Assembly (NCBI GenBank): GCA_051294375.1
Contig: CM119267.1
Span: 18,490,900-18,554,899 of the forward strand
DNA: 64,000 nt
Reading direction: 5' to 3'
Source: Paraspadella gotoi
Lineage: Eukaryota; Animalia; Chaetognatha
Below are positions 13,894 through 25,111 of this stretch, piece after piece. Under the pieces are notes generated by a model, which saw only the letters and a program-made list of their open reading frames with translations, made no database searches and was not told the DNA's origin. The position numbers and the translations under genes are program-made. Numbering within the stretch: position 1 is the stretch's first letter; every line of letters begins with the position of its first letter.

Positions 13894-14551
13894 TTCGGAT
13901 GAGTGGCCGAAGCTCCTTTCTCCCGAGATATGTTTTTGTCTCAGAAAAAAGTTAGGACAAGGGAGCTTTGTACAGTGCCTCCGTATTACATCGATTTCAT
14001 TTTTCTTTCCACGGTATGATTTTTATCAAAATTATTGAAAAATAAATTTAAAATTCTGCGTTATCAAAATATTTTTTCATAAAAAAGATCAACCAGCGAA
14101 AAATTGACCTACATAGATCGATTTACAGGAAAACAATTTATTTTGTAAAAGGGCTTTCTTCGTCATGAAAAAGCATGAGAGATAAAGTAAAAAAAAGTTG
14201 TATACCATTTCATATCACAATTCATAAAACCAAATAGGGGGTAGAGAATCAGGCATAAGGAGCAATAATTGGCCTGCGGCATGCAATGAAACGCTTGCGG
14301 CACAAGTTGTGCTCGACATTTTACAACAAATCGACTAGTTTCGGTATCAAATTATCTGTGATAATTAGAAATTCAAAGAATTTTTTTTTAAAATCCCATA
14401 GAGCCTCTAGAAAGTATTTTCACCAGAATAATTTGTAGAGTCGGGTTAAATTAAATTACTTATTTCTAACAGAATCATATAATATTGATTGGAAAAGAAA
14501 TTTACTAACCATAAAATTACACACTGACCAATATTTTTTTGGGGGGGAAGA

Positions 14552-16057
14552 TCACGTTCCGTCCGTACCAGTTTTTATCATCCTCCTGCAGGAGGCGAGA
14601 AACAGTAAGAAAGCGAAATAAATAACTATAAAATAGCATGAATTCATACCTCGGTCCTCTGCCACCAGGGCCCTTTGGTTTGCTGAATGTCTTCTTCGAC
14701 TTCTCTTCCAGCGGATGAAGAACGTCATCGAGGGCTTCCCGGGACACTTCGCTTCCGTTGTCAATCTCTAGTTTTTTTGAGACGACGATGCCCAATTCAC
14801 CGGAAATAACGCTTTCGAGTAACGGATTCTTGGCGGATGAATACATCATACGTTCTTTAATCGGTGCGCCATATCCTGCGAAGGTTTTAAAAATGATAAA
14901 TAAAATTCACAGAACAAGAATTGTTTTAAAATTCATTCGCATTACCGAAGGAAAAAAATAAAGAAACTATACACCCTTTTAAAATGCTTGAACAAACAAG
15001 GAAATTTACCGTTTTGTCCTGAACCAGTCCCTGCGTAAATATAAACCCTTTCAAAATACTTAAATAAGGAATCACCTATCCAAAAACCTAGAATAACTTG
15101 CCTGGCATGGAATAAATAAACACAATAGCTTCCAAATCCTCGTTCTGAAAACGATGCCGATAGTTGAATAAATGAAAACGACCGTGGTCTTGAGGCACTT
15201 TGCCCGACAGGCTTTCGACGTCGATCGTTCCGTGCTCAGCCACATGGAACGTCTCCGAGGATGTGTCCAGCATCAGCTGGAGGTAATTTATAGAACCGTT
15301 TTTCAACGAGAGCAGTTTGTCCATCGCGTCCGCCGTTGGAGGAAAGGAGATGCCACCGGCCGCCTGATGCTTAGTATTAACGCCTACGGATAATGCAGGA
15401 TGAGAACGCAAAATTTGTCTAAGCGAGGCGAAATGGACTGCCCCCTCTACCTCGACCCAACTCTTATCTCAAACACACCGATGTCCGGATTCGCTTCGGC
15501 CTTTTTTATCTCTAGTTTGTCCTCTTCGGCCTCCGTGAGCGGAGCCGGGGCCTTTTCCGCCTCCAGCCATTCGCGAAATCCCTTCAACGAGGCGTCGGCA
15601 CGATCGGTTACGAAGAGCTCGTGCTTGATGAGTCCGCCGCCGCCAAATTCTTTTTTGACGGAAGCGCGAGTCGCCGAGTAGAGCATCTTGAGTCGGACGG
15701 GCGACGAATCGGGTGACCAAGCGATGAAGAGCCATTCGTAGCCGAGATTGTTCATAGAATCCAGCCGATAGAGGATGTAGCAAGGAATGTCATCTGGTCG
15801 TGAAAATAGGAGTCATACGTTAATTTTTTCCCTCGCCATTTAAAAACAACACTGAAAATTCTGTCCTCACCCAGGAGGCACAGGGAGATCATGGGGTCAA
15901 AATCATCTTCCCAGCTGTCGCGGACGGATTCAACGCGGTCGGCAGAGACGGCGTTTTCGTTGATGCTCAATTTTATCAGACGAGTCTTGCCTCCTTTGGC
16001 CACGGCAAAAATTTTCTGCAAGTCTTCGTCCGGCAGAATTCCAGTTTGATGCGACAT
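14552..16057 (-). CDS. TWF: Twinfilin (tandem ADF-H actin-binding protein), 5 exons
   Basis: MSHQTGI start; [33 protein letters not shown]; APLTEAEE; [16 protein letters not shown]; tail [13 protein letters not shown]|[10 protein letters not shown]. Confidence 0.95.
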
Positions 16058-18101
16058 TGTGCACCGACGGGATCTCAAGTTTTTTAAATTTTTTTTTTAT
16101 TGCAACCAATGCTCCCAAATTATTTCGACTATCTGTACTTTTTATAAGGGAAAAAATTCAAGCGTTGAATCTTACTGATTAATCTTATTATTCTTACTTA
16201 TTATCATTTTCTTGTGAGAAAGCGTTTTAATTATAAAATTATGGTTCCAGTTAAACAAATTACAGTTGCGTCTGGAGGGAAATTAACGATAGCGATAGAA
16301 ATTTAATTAGATTTACTACTAGCTCAAATCTACGTAGAGTTTATGAATTTTTAAGAGAATAAATTCCATTCGTGGTATAAGAATACAGAACTCTTGATAA
16401 CTCACAATTAGTAATCATCTAGTAATCCCAAATAATAGAAGGATTTTAAGAAACAAAATACAAAGAAATGTAAAAGAAAGAAAAAGCACAGAAATACAAA
16501 AATCAACATAAGCTGATTGATTTTCTGGCAAAAAGAATGTAAATTCATTCGAGTCCTTCAGCAGGAAAAACTGAAATATATGAATTTAAACCGTAACAAG
16601 TAACATACACGCAATATGTTAAAACTTGACAGAGTGAACTATCACAGTCTGATAGTCTCGACTGGAACAAAACATCAGGAAATATAGCTTTTCGTATATG
16701 TAACAAACTTCACAAGAAAACGGTGAAGAAATAAAAGATGGTTTCCTTCAGAATTGTTACTAAAGAGACGAAAAGCTCGTAAAATGTAAATAGTAATTAA
16801 CCCCAATGGGTGACTAGTAGAGAAATGGTAAAAGTCATGTGGAAGATACAACAGTTGAGAAAAATGATTAAAATAGTTCAGCATTTGTAAGGAAAAAAAA
16901 TTCAAGGACTTTCATTCGGCTACTATTAGAAAATCGTTCGAAATGCATCATAGGCTTTTAAGATTTGAAAACTACACAGCCTAAACGACAAATCACTTAG
17001 ATGCATGTGAATGATTAAAATCAAACTTGACTAGTCTTGGTCAACAGATTTGAAACAATCCTAAAGCGGTACAATCAAGTTATTAAGAATGATAGAATTT
17101 AAGCCTCATTGACCGGGATTGAATCAATAAGAAAAATATTCTTAAAATGTAGCAACAGGAGTGAAAAATTCCTCAGCTTCCACCTAAAGGAGAATTTAAT
17201 AATAGCTGTTATCGCTACTCTAGTCTGGGTCACGTTTCGATTTTTAAAGCAGATCTTTTAAAGCAGAATCTAGAGCTACAGTCCCCTATCAATCTAGAGA
17301 TGCGCAGCTCAGGAATTCCCACGGATTAAAAACAAAAACAAAACAATTGCAATATTTTCCACTGATGATGCGTACGATTTGAAAAACGCATACGTATATA
17401 TATCATCTTATACGTACAAAACGATGTTTTCACTGTGCTATACCATCAACAAGTTGAAAGGAAGGCAGTGAACAGGCTATACAAAGGAACAATGGTATGA
17501 GAGCGAATAACCTCGACAAAGCAGTTCAAAAGCATGTGCCTGAATCTGATTTCCATGTAGAGTGCAAAGAAAGTTCTTTAAAAAAAACTTGTTTTCATTG
17601 GTTTTAATCAAAGTTGAACTAATTTTAGATTAATTTAAAACTTTAATATTTTATTCTTAGAATGGTTCGCAACGTTCAACTTTATAGTCCCTTACCTAAA
17701 TCAATGAAGCAAATTTTAAAAGCGAAGGATGAAAGGCGAAAAAAGCATAATAAAGAGTTATATCAGTTCTACTAAAGAATTAATAAAGCCACAATTTTTG
17801 TTTCAGACAGATAATCTAGTAATTTATTAGCAAAACTGCTAATTGAGGATAAAGAAACAAGTACATATAATTATAAATGACGATGCAATCAATAATAAAG
17901 ATAGCAACGTTAAAATATACATGCATTTGACATTTTCTTATATGTAACTCGTTTGTTAATCTCCTCGTCTCCTATTATTGTTAACCGAAAATTTGAGTTT
18001 CTCAAGGTTTCACTAATAAATTCGTTAAGAATAGAAATGAGAAAAGAAAAACGGGATGGGAAAAACAACAGGACAAAATATCACAGTGAATGTATTGCTC
18101 C

Positions 18102-19298
18102 CTACTTTGCAACGGACTGTTGTTGTTGTTGCTGCTCCTGCTGCTGATAACCATAACTTTGGGTCATAGGATAGGGGTATCCACGGCCGTACTGCAGCCC
18201 GTATTGCGGACTGTATGAATCGTAGTAATAGTTGTGATAGTAGCCGGGATAGCCACCGCCGCCTCCATTAGCGACGTATGACCAATGCGGGTCGTAGTAA
18301 TAGGAAGAGTACCCGCCCCAACCGCCCCTGCCGCGTCCACGCGACCCGCCCCGGAAGCCGCGCCAGTAACCCGGCTCTCCAGTCCAAGCGCGAGGGTCGT
18401 CTTTCGGAATCGCTTTCTTCACGTCGCACTTCTTTTCGGCCAACGTTTGCTTGGACTCTGCGGCGGCTTTGTCGCATGCTTCCGCATCGACGAAGGTCAC
18501 GAAACAAAATCCTGAGGAAAGATCTTTCAATAGATAGGCAGGAGCGCAATTTCTGATCTGGCAAAATTCAAAAACCCAACTGGGGGTCTCTGGACGTTGC
18601 ATTGGCAAAAGGTAACGGCATAAACAGTTGGAAAAAAAATGCTTCCCAACCTTTCCGCTCGTTCTTCAGTTTGTTGAAGGGAAACTCGATTTCGGCGACT
18701 TCGCCGAACTTTTCAAAGTGTGCCCGTATCTCCTCTTCGGGAACGTCAACGGCCACGCCGCCGACGAATACCTTCCGCACGGGTTCTTTACCCCCGCGAG
18801 CCTCGGCCCGTTTCGGGTCGATCTTCTTGTTATTGAGCGAATGAGTCGGGGCGAGCAGCACATCCTTCACCGAACCTTCATCCTCGAACAGTACGAAGCT
18901 AAAAGAGGCAAAAATTTGGTTGATTAAACTTCAGCGCCCCTAAACTAGAGCCAACTCCATAATAAGCCAGACCCGAATCCTCTAGAACGGCCCATGAAAT
19001 CGGTCTTGATGGTGACTTCTTTGATACCCCCGAATTTCTCGAAGTACTCCTGAAGTTCGGCGATGGTCGTTTCCCAACTCAACCCGCCGATGAACATTTT
19101 TCGTGCATCGTCTTCGTCCTTCGTGGAATCAATGGTGTCGCGACCTGAAAAATCGAACGGGGGCGTCTTACTATCGATGGCCTCATATAGTAGACCACAT
19201 TGCTCAATCTTACCATCGTCGGCAGCTTTATTGCCGAGGTCCTCGACACCAGTCTCCGTGGGAGGCACTTCGTCGGAATTCGGGGAAGGCTTAGACAT
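18102..19298 (-). CDS. Two-RRM hnRNP A/B/D-family (squid/Hrp40-like) RNA-binding protein with Gly/Tyr/Gln-rich tail
   Basis: RRM1 KMFIGGLSWETT..RSRGFGFVLF..KKIDPKRA; RRM2 KVFVGG..RKGFCFVTF..CDVKKA; RGG/Y-rich C-terminus. The last exon may be alternatively spliced. Confidence 0.88.
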
Positions 19299-19612
19299 AG
19301 TTTTAACCCTTTAACGTGCTACACTTAGGCTTTACAAATTTAAAAGTTTATACAAACTGCGAAGCGTTTTAACCTACAAGATATGAAAAAAAAAATCTGT
19401 CAATGTGATACAGAGGCGAAGGAAAATAATTTTAACGGCCTGTATGAAAAGACGGAAAAACTGGTTGCTTAAAAATGGAGATAATGTGGCTACGTAGCCA
19501 CAATAACAAATTAAAAGTTTCAAAATAATAATGCCTGCCCATTTGCTCAGTGTTTGTATTTTTTTTTTCCAAATTGATAATTTGCTGCTTATCACGGAAA
19601 TCGCTTCCAAGT

Positions 19613-20353
19613 TTATTGCTTTTTGGATTTAGACATGATCCCATCGTACTTAGACTTGGAGTTGTACCAGAGCGCGAAGGGTATCATTAACGACGGGGTC
19701 GTCATAACGGCGAAAGCGATCCAGTCAAGAACGTGTGGAGAAAATTTTCGGTCAAACGCCTTGAACGACATTATCCCTCCCTCTCCGGGGCCGCTGGTGT
19801 ACCCGACAGTGTGTTCGCTGGCGTCTTCGGAAGCTAAATAGCTGGACATCGCATAATAGTATAGTTTTAATTTTTTTTTTAAACAGAGGCCACAAACCAA
19901 CAAAAACAACATCCCAGTAATTAATGATCATAAAAATTACCTAACTTCCGCCGGGGTGAAATTGAAGTAGCCGCTCTTGATCGGCTTCAGCACGGCCGCA
20001 TGGGTGACGTTTGCTCCAGGAGCGATTCTCTCCCACTTCACGTCAAGTTTTCCGTGGTGAAGCTCGAAGTCCTCTTTCGGGAAGGAGGTGTCGACGAGCG
20101 AAACGTCCAGCGCCGCGCTGTCGCCCACATTGTAGAGACTGAGAATGAGAAAAAATGATGACAAGTCAATCAGATGTCAGAAAGAAAACTAGCAAACTCA
20201 CCTGTATTCAACCGTAAGGTCCTTATTTTCTACGAGGTACAAGTTGACGATGCTCTTGACCGCGAGAATCCGAGCACCACCGGCCTCCAATTCGCCCGCT
20301 ACCAACAAAAACCCCCCGATAAAAGTGAGGGCAAAGAAAAATTTTAAATTCAT
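19613..20353 (-). CDS. SSR2: Translocon-associated protein beta (TRAP-beta), 3 exons
   Basis: Signal peptide [20 protein letters not shown]; [37 protein letters not shown]; [14 protein letters not shown]; GYFNFT; [15 protein letters not shown]. Confidence 0.95.
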
Positions 20354-20604
20354 TTTTGTCTAGAGTTAAGTTTGTCCCAAAAGTAAGTCCCAAAGTAGTT
20401 TTTGAGATCGTGAGTTCTAAATAAAAAAAAACCAAACTTAACAATTTTAAACAAAATTCCCCAGAAACGTATTCATTTGTCATGATTGAATAGGCGCAAA
20501 TAATTTTTAAAAAATTCCATCATTTCCTCAAATCATTCATTCATTGACATTGATAAATTAAAAGAAATAGCACCGGCCAAAACTGATCAACAGGCAAAAA
20601 CTGA

Positions 20605-22172
20605 TCAACCACCAATAAGAATCATTGGTCTGTTTTTCTGCTGAGCGATGTTGAACATGCCGGCGTGTCGAGCTTTCTTCCGCTTCACCGCTTCTCTCAC
20701 AATCATCTCCAACTCCTCTTTCGAATTCCCACAACGAAGCGCGTCACGAAGGGAGACTTCGCTAGCGCCGAAGAGGCAGACTTTAAGATTTCCTGACAAC
20801 AAAAAATCGAATAATAACATTTAATAATAATAATAATAACATTTAACGGTTAATAAAGAGAAATCGATGCGCTTACCGTCAGCGGTGAGCCGTAACCGGG
20901 AGCACGAACCGCAAAAATGTTCACTCATAGAGGTGATGAAGCCGACGCGACCTTTAAACCCGGGAACGCGCCATGCCTTTGAGGTAGCGTCGATGGCGTC
21001 TTCTTTCGCGGCGCGATCAAACTCCGGATACTTGGAACGAATGGATGACACCGCTTCGACATATCTGAGAATGAAAAAAAGACCTTTTGATTTTTTTTTT
21101 TATTCAGCTACTATACTCTACGTTTCCAACGATTCGCTTACGAGATAAACTTGTTAAAGTTCCACTTGTTCCCATCGAACGGCATGTATTCGATAAAACG
21201 GACGTCAATGTCCAAGTCTCGCGTCAACTCCACGAACTCTGACAATTCGTCGTCGTTCAAACCCCTCATCAAAACGCAGTTAATTTTCACCGGGGAAAAG
21301 CCGGCCTCTGGTTACAAAAGTTATCCACAATTTACTATTTAAGATTTGATGTTGGATAAATACAATAAATTCATTCAATTAGGGTTTTATAAGATTAAGT
21401 AAATATATTCAGATAAGATACTAACGAAACAAAATTCCCATGCCTTTAATAGAAATATTCACACAATTTTCAGCAATTTACCAAGGGAACGATGAATGGC
21501 TGCCATTGCCTTGTGCCATCCAGGCCGTCGGGTAATAAACTCGAACTTCTTGGGTTGCAGAGTGTCAAGGCTAATGTTGATGGCGTTGAGTCCCGCATCT
21601 TGAAGGCGGGAAAGGCGTTTCGTCGAAAGTGCCATTCCATTTGTTGTGATGCCTAAAACGAGGACCTAAAAAAGATTAAAAGAAAACCAATCAAGACCCA
21701 CGCTTGAACTTTGCTACGTGGTATGGAGAAAGCGCACCTTTCGCCCCAACTCGCTCACAATGACATCAATGTCGGGTCGAACCAAAGGTTCACCACCCGT
21801 AAGGCGAATCTTATTGACGCCATTGTCCACGAAAAGTGAGCCTAGTTTGACGATCTCCTCCGTCGTCAAAAGATCTTGGCGTTTGGAAAGGTCGACGCCA
21901 TCCTCGGGCATGCAGTATTGACATCGGAGATTGCATTTTTCCGTTAACGATATCCGCAGGTAATTGTGAACTCGGCCGTGGGTGTCGACGAGAGGATTCG
22001 CCAGGGGTTCGTGAAGACGGTTCAGAGAATGCCCTGCGGGGGCTGGGCGGTCGGCGAAATAACGGAGAGTGGGGACAGACAGTTTTCTCAATGTTGGGTG
22101 CAGGAGATGGAGGGGAAAGATAGCCAGTCCGTTCGCCGACGGACGAGCGTATAAACGGGGATAAAGCGTCAT
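20605..22172 (-). CDS. MOCS1: Molybdenum cofactor biosynthesis GTP 3',8-cyclase (MOCS1A/MoaA), 5 exons
   Basis: [21 protein letters not shown] (radical SAM CxxxCxxC), [32 protein letters not shown], and terminal RPMILIGG*. The Arg-rich N-terminus resembles a mitochondrial presequence. Confidence 0.95.
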
Positions 22173-22810
22173 TGTTGAATTTCAGCATTTTGTTCTCCCC
22201 ACTGCTCAGAGGAATGTGAGAGAAAAGACGGGAAAGTATTAAAAAAGGACGTAAATCGAAAAACAGCTTTTAAATAAATGATTTATCAACTTTAGAGATA
22301 GATGTGAAAACGTACGTAATGAGACCGAAAGTAAATTATTTTAAACTAAAATCAAAATTAAAAGATTTATTAATGCGTATGTAACTATGTAGAATTAGTT
22401 CACCTTATATTGTGTTTTGGACGAAGACAAATTAAAAGATAAAACATGCAAAATTGAGGCTTCCTTCACAGAAGCAATACTACGCAAAAGCGGACTTTAA
22501 TCGGTGAATTGTTGGTACTTAAATAGAGCCTATAATAATGACAAAATAAAAAACACCTATGATAGCATATAAAATATTGACGCGACAATAAATCGTCAAT
22601 GTGTTCAGCATGGCCATTTGAACAATTCTTCGAAAGAGATCATCATAACACTGACTGGCTTCACGACTTTTTATGAGAGGAACCTACTTGAAAAAGGCAC
22701 CGTCATCACGGTCAAACCTGCATCTGTCTATTAATTTTTGAACAAAATACTTCTACTATTGTTTAGTAAACAGTTTACATATTGTGTTGCATCCAAAAAT
22801 CTCGTGACGG

Positions 22811-25111
22811 CTACCACAAATGAGTCTCTCGAACTTCGCTAATAATATGACTGGCTTTTTGCAACGCTTGCAGCATTTCCGCGGCTTCTTTTCGCCTCTG
22901 CGCAATGTGCGACGACTCTTTCACAAGCGTTTCTATCTCCGTCTGTTTGTACAACTGACCAACGAGTTCGCTTTGAAGATTGTCTTTTATGAAGTTGACC
23001 AAGAAATGCATGATCGCTTTAGGCACCGAGTCCTGAATGCTTTTTCTGACGATGTTAAAATAGCATTTAATGAGACGCTCAATGACCTCGCAATCCCGGG
23101 CTTCCCGAGGCGAAAGTCGACGCGTGGCGGCGATCGGCATTTCGTAGTTGAGGAAATTGACGGGCTTGTCGGCGGAAGACATTAGACTGCCGTGCGGCTT
23201 GAGATGACGAGGGGAATTGACCGGGGACAAGCCTCCAGCGGGAGTGGCGGATTGCGACGAAGCGACGGCGAGATTCTTGTTTTCAGCTTCAGTTTCCGCG
23301 GACTCGGGGGCGTCGCCAGATTTGCCTATCGGAGACGTGTCTTTGTTTTCTTTGCTTTCTTTAGGCGCATCCCCAGCGGGATTTTTCAGCCCGTTGGTCT
23401 TGACCCAGTTCGAAAGTTTCCAACTACCTTCGGTGGCGGCGTTCTTCGGATCGTTAAGGGTCTCGCGCGGCAGACCGTGATCGTTTGAGCTCTTGTGATG
23501 ACGCCCGATGCTGGGGTCACGAGAACCTCCGTGCAAAGACAAACCTCCAAGTTGCATGCTCTCCGTCAATGACTTGTGGACCGTCGCTCCTTCGATGAAG
23601 TCCGGATGCTTGGTGTTGATGTACGACAGTTCGATGGACACAAGATTTTCGACCATGGAATTGGTCGGCGGCAATCTCCTTCGGAGCAGCGCGGTCACCA
23701 CGTCGACGGTTCGCTCATGCAGCTTGGGAAAGCGCAGCATTTCCTGCGTCACCGTGGCGCCGCAGTGCTGAATGATGCGCTGCATCTCCTCGTGGACAAG
23801 TTCAACGCAGCGGAGACTCGGTTCTTCCAGCCTTCTGATTTGCCGTTTGACTAAGAGTTCAAAGGATACTTCGGGCACGAAAAGCGCCGGGCGCGGACCC
23901 GTGGCGTTGCGAATCGCCGTCAAGATGTCGAGTTGCGTCAGTCCGCCCAAGGGATCGATGGAGTCGAGGGCGCGGCCAAAGGTTTCGTGGAAGATGTAAC
24001 AAATGCGGGCGCCGCCGCAGAGCTCCGTCGTTTCAATATTCTTCGCCGTGCCTTCGATGGTGGCGCAATAAGCGGCGGCAAACTTTGTGATTATTTGGAG
24101 GAGCAGCTGCGCCGGGTCTTCCACGGGTTCGCCGAAGGAATTCAACAGAGACTGAAACTGACTGGCCATGAGGTTGACTCGCGTCTTCAACTCTGGCAGA
24201 CAATCGCGAATGTGGTGCATCAAGAGGCGATTTAAAGTTTTCGACAAATAGGGCGTTCCATTTCTCGAGGCCAACGTCGGGTACTTCTTTTGCAGGTAAT
24301 TTTGTTCAGCCCGGAGGGCATCCTCGATGGTTTTGCTTTGGTTGATGTCGAGCTGACTTCGGTTCACCACTCCGATGATTCCCAGCTTGACCGGAATCAC
24401 GCGTCCCGTGAGGACGTCGACGGCGTCCGTCCCGGCGTCCATGAGATCCAGTTTGGTAATGACGGCCAGAGTGCGACGACCGTCTGGGTCCACGTCCCGT
24501 GCCATCTTGATCGCTTCGCTGGTGGCCATGTCCGTGTTAGCCGCGGTGATGGCAAGAATGATGGAGTTTGGGTTAGAAATATATTGGAAGAGCAAATCGC
24601 GAATTTGCTTTTCGATGTCCTCCGGCTGATCACCGACGGGCACCTTCGTCATGCCCGGCAAGTCGACCAAGGTGAGATTGACGACTTTGTCGGAGTAGAT
24701 TTTAAGGTGGATAGGCTCCGGCGAAATTCCCTTGTTGTCTCCGCCGAGGCGCGACGTTTCCGCCTCGATCTCCGCGCGAATCTCGTCGAAATCGGTAAAC
24801 AGTTTGTTCTTCGTGTGGAGAAATTTGCCCCATTCCGTCACGTGACCGGGCACTCCTTCCTCGGAGAACCGACTCTTGTCATCTCGATCCGACGCGTTCT
24901 TCACGTAGAGCAACTGCAGGATGAGCGGTCTTCGAGTCACAATGCCGGATCCCCTGGGAAGGAAGTCTTTGCCCACGATGTTCTCCAGAACGGAGGATTT
25001 TCCGCAACTTTGCGAACCGATGACGACGATTTGTGGAAGATGAATGACGTCGGAGCCCACCGTTGCAAAAACCTCTTGCAGCTTGTTGATGACTGGAATG
25101 AGGGCATCCAT
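22811..25111 (-). CDS. DNM1L: Dynamin-related protein 1 (Drp1), single-exon CDS, 766 aa
   Basis: [48 protein letters not shown], and a GED ending RETHLW*. Continuous ORF with no introns. Confidence 0.97.
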   Translation of the reverse strand: MDALIPVINKLQEVFATVGSDVIHLPQIVVIGSQSCGKSSVLENIVGKDFLPRGSGIVTRRPLILQLLYVKNASDRDDKSRFSEEGVPGHVTEWGKFLHTKNKLFTDFDEIRAEIEAETSRLGGDNKGISPEPIHLKIYSDKVVNLTLVDLPGMTKVPVGDQPEDIEKQIRDLLFQYISNPNSIILAITAANTDMATSEAIKMARDVDPDGRRTLAVITKLDLMDAGTDAVDVLTGRVIPVKLGIIGVVNRSQLDINQSKTIEDALRAEQNYLQKKYPTLASRNGTPYLSKTLNRLLMHHIRDCLPELKTRVNLMASQFQSLLNSFGEPVEDPAQLLLQIITKFAAAYCATIEGTAKNIETTELCGGARICYIFHETFGRALDSIDPLGGLTQLDILTAIRNATGPRPALFVPEVSFELLVKRQIRRLEEPSLRCVELVHEEMQRIIQHCGATVTQEMLRFPKLHERTVDVVTALLRRRLPPTNSMVENLVSIELSYINTKHPDFIEGATVHKSLTESMQLGGLSLHGGSRDPSIGRHHKSSNDHGLPRETLNDPKNAATEGSWKLSNWVKTNGLKNPAGDAPKESKENKDTSPIGKSGDAPESAETEAENKNLAVASSQSATPAGGLSPVNSPRHLKPHGSLMSSADKPVNFLNYEMPIAATRRLSPREARDCEVIERLIKCYFNIVRKSIQDSVPKAIMHFLVNFIKDNLQSELVGQLYKQTEIETLVKESSHIAQRRKEAAEMLQALQKASHIISEVRETHLW

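Noticed and set aside
17425-17500. Possible pseudoknot (TTCACTG/CAGTGAA crossed with ATACCAT/ATGGTAT) downstream of the hnRNP gene
   Set aside because: 7-bp stems are expected by chance, and there is no covariation evidence.
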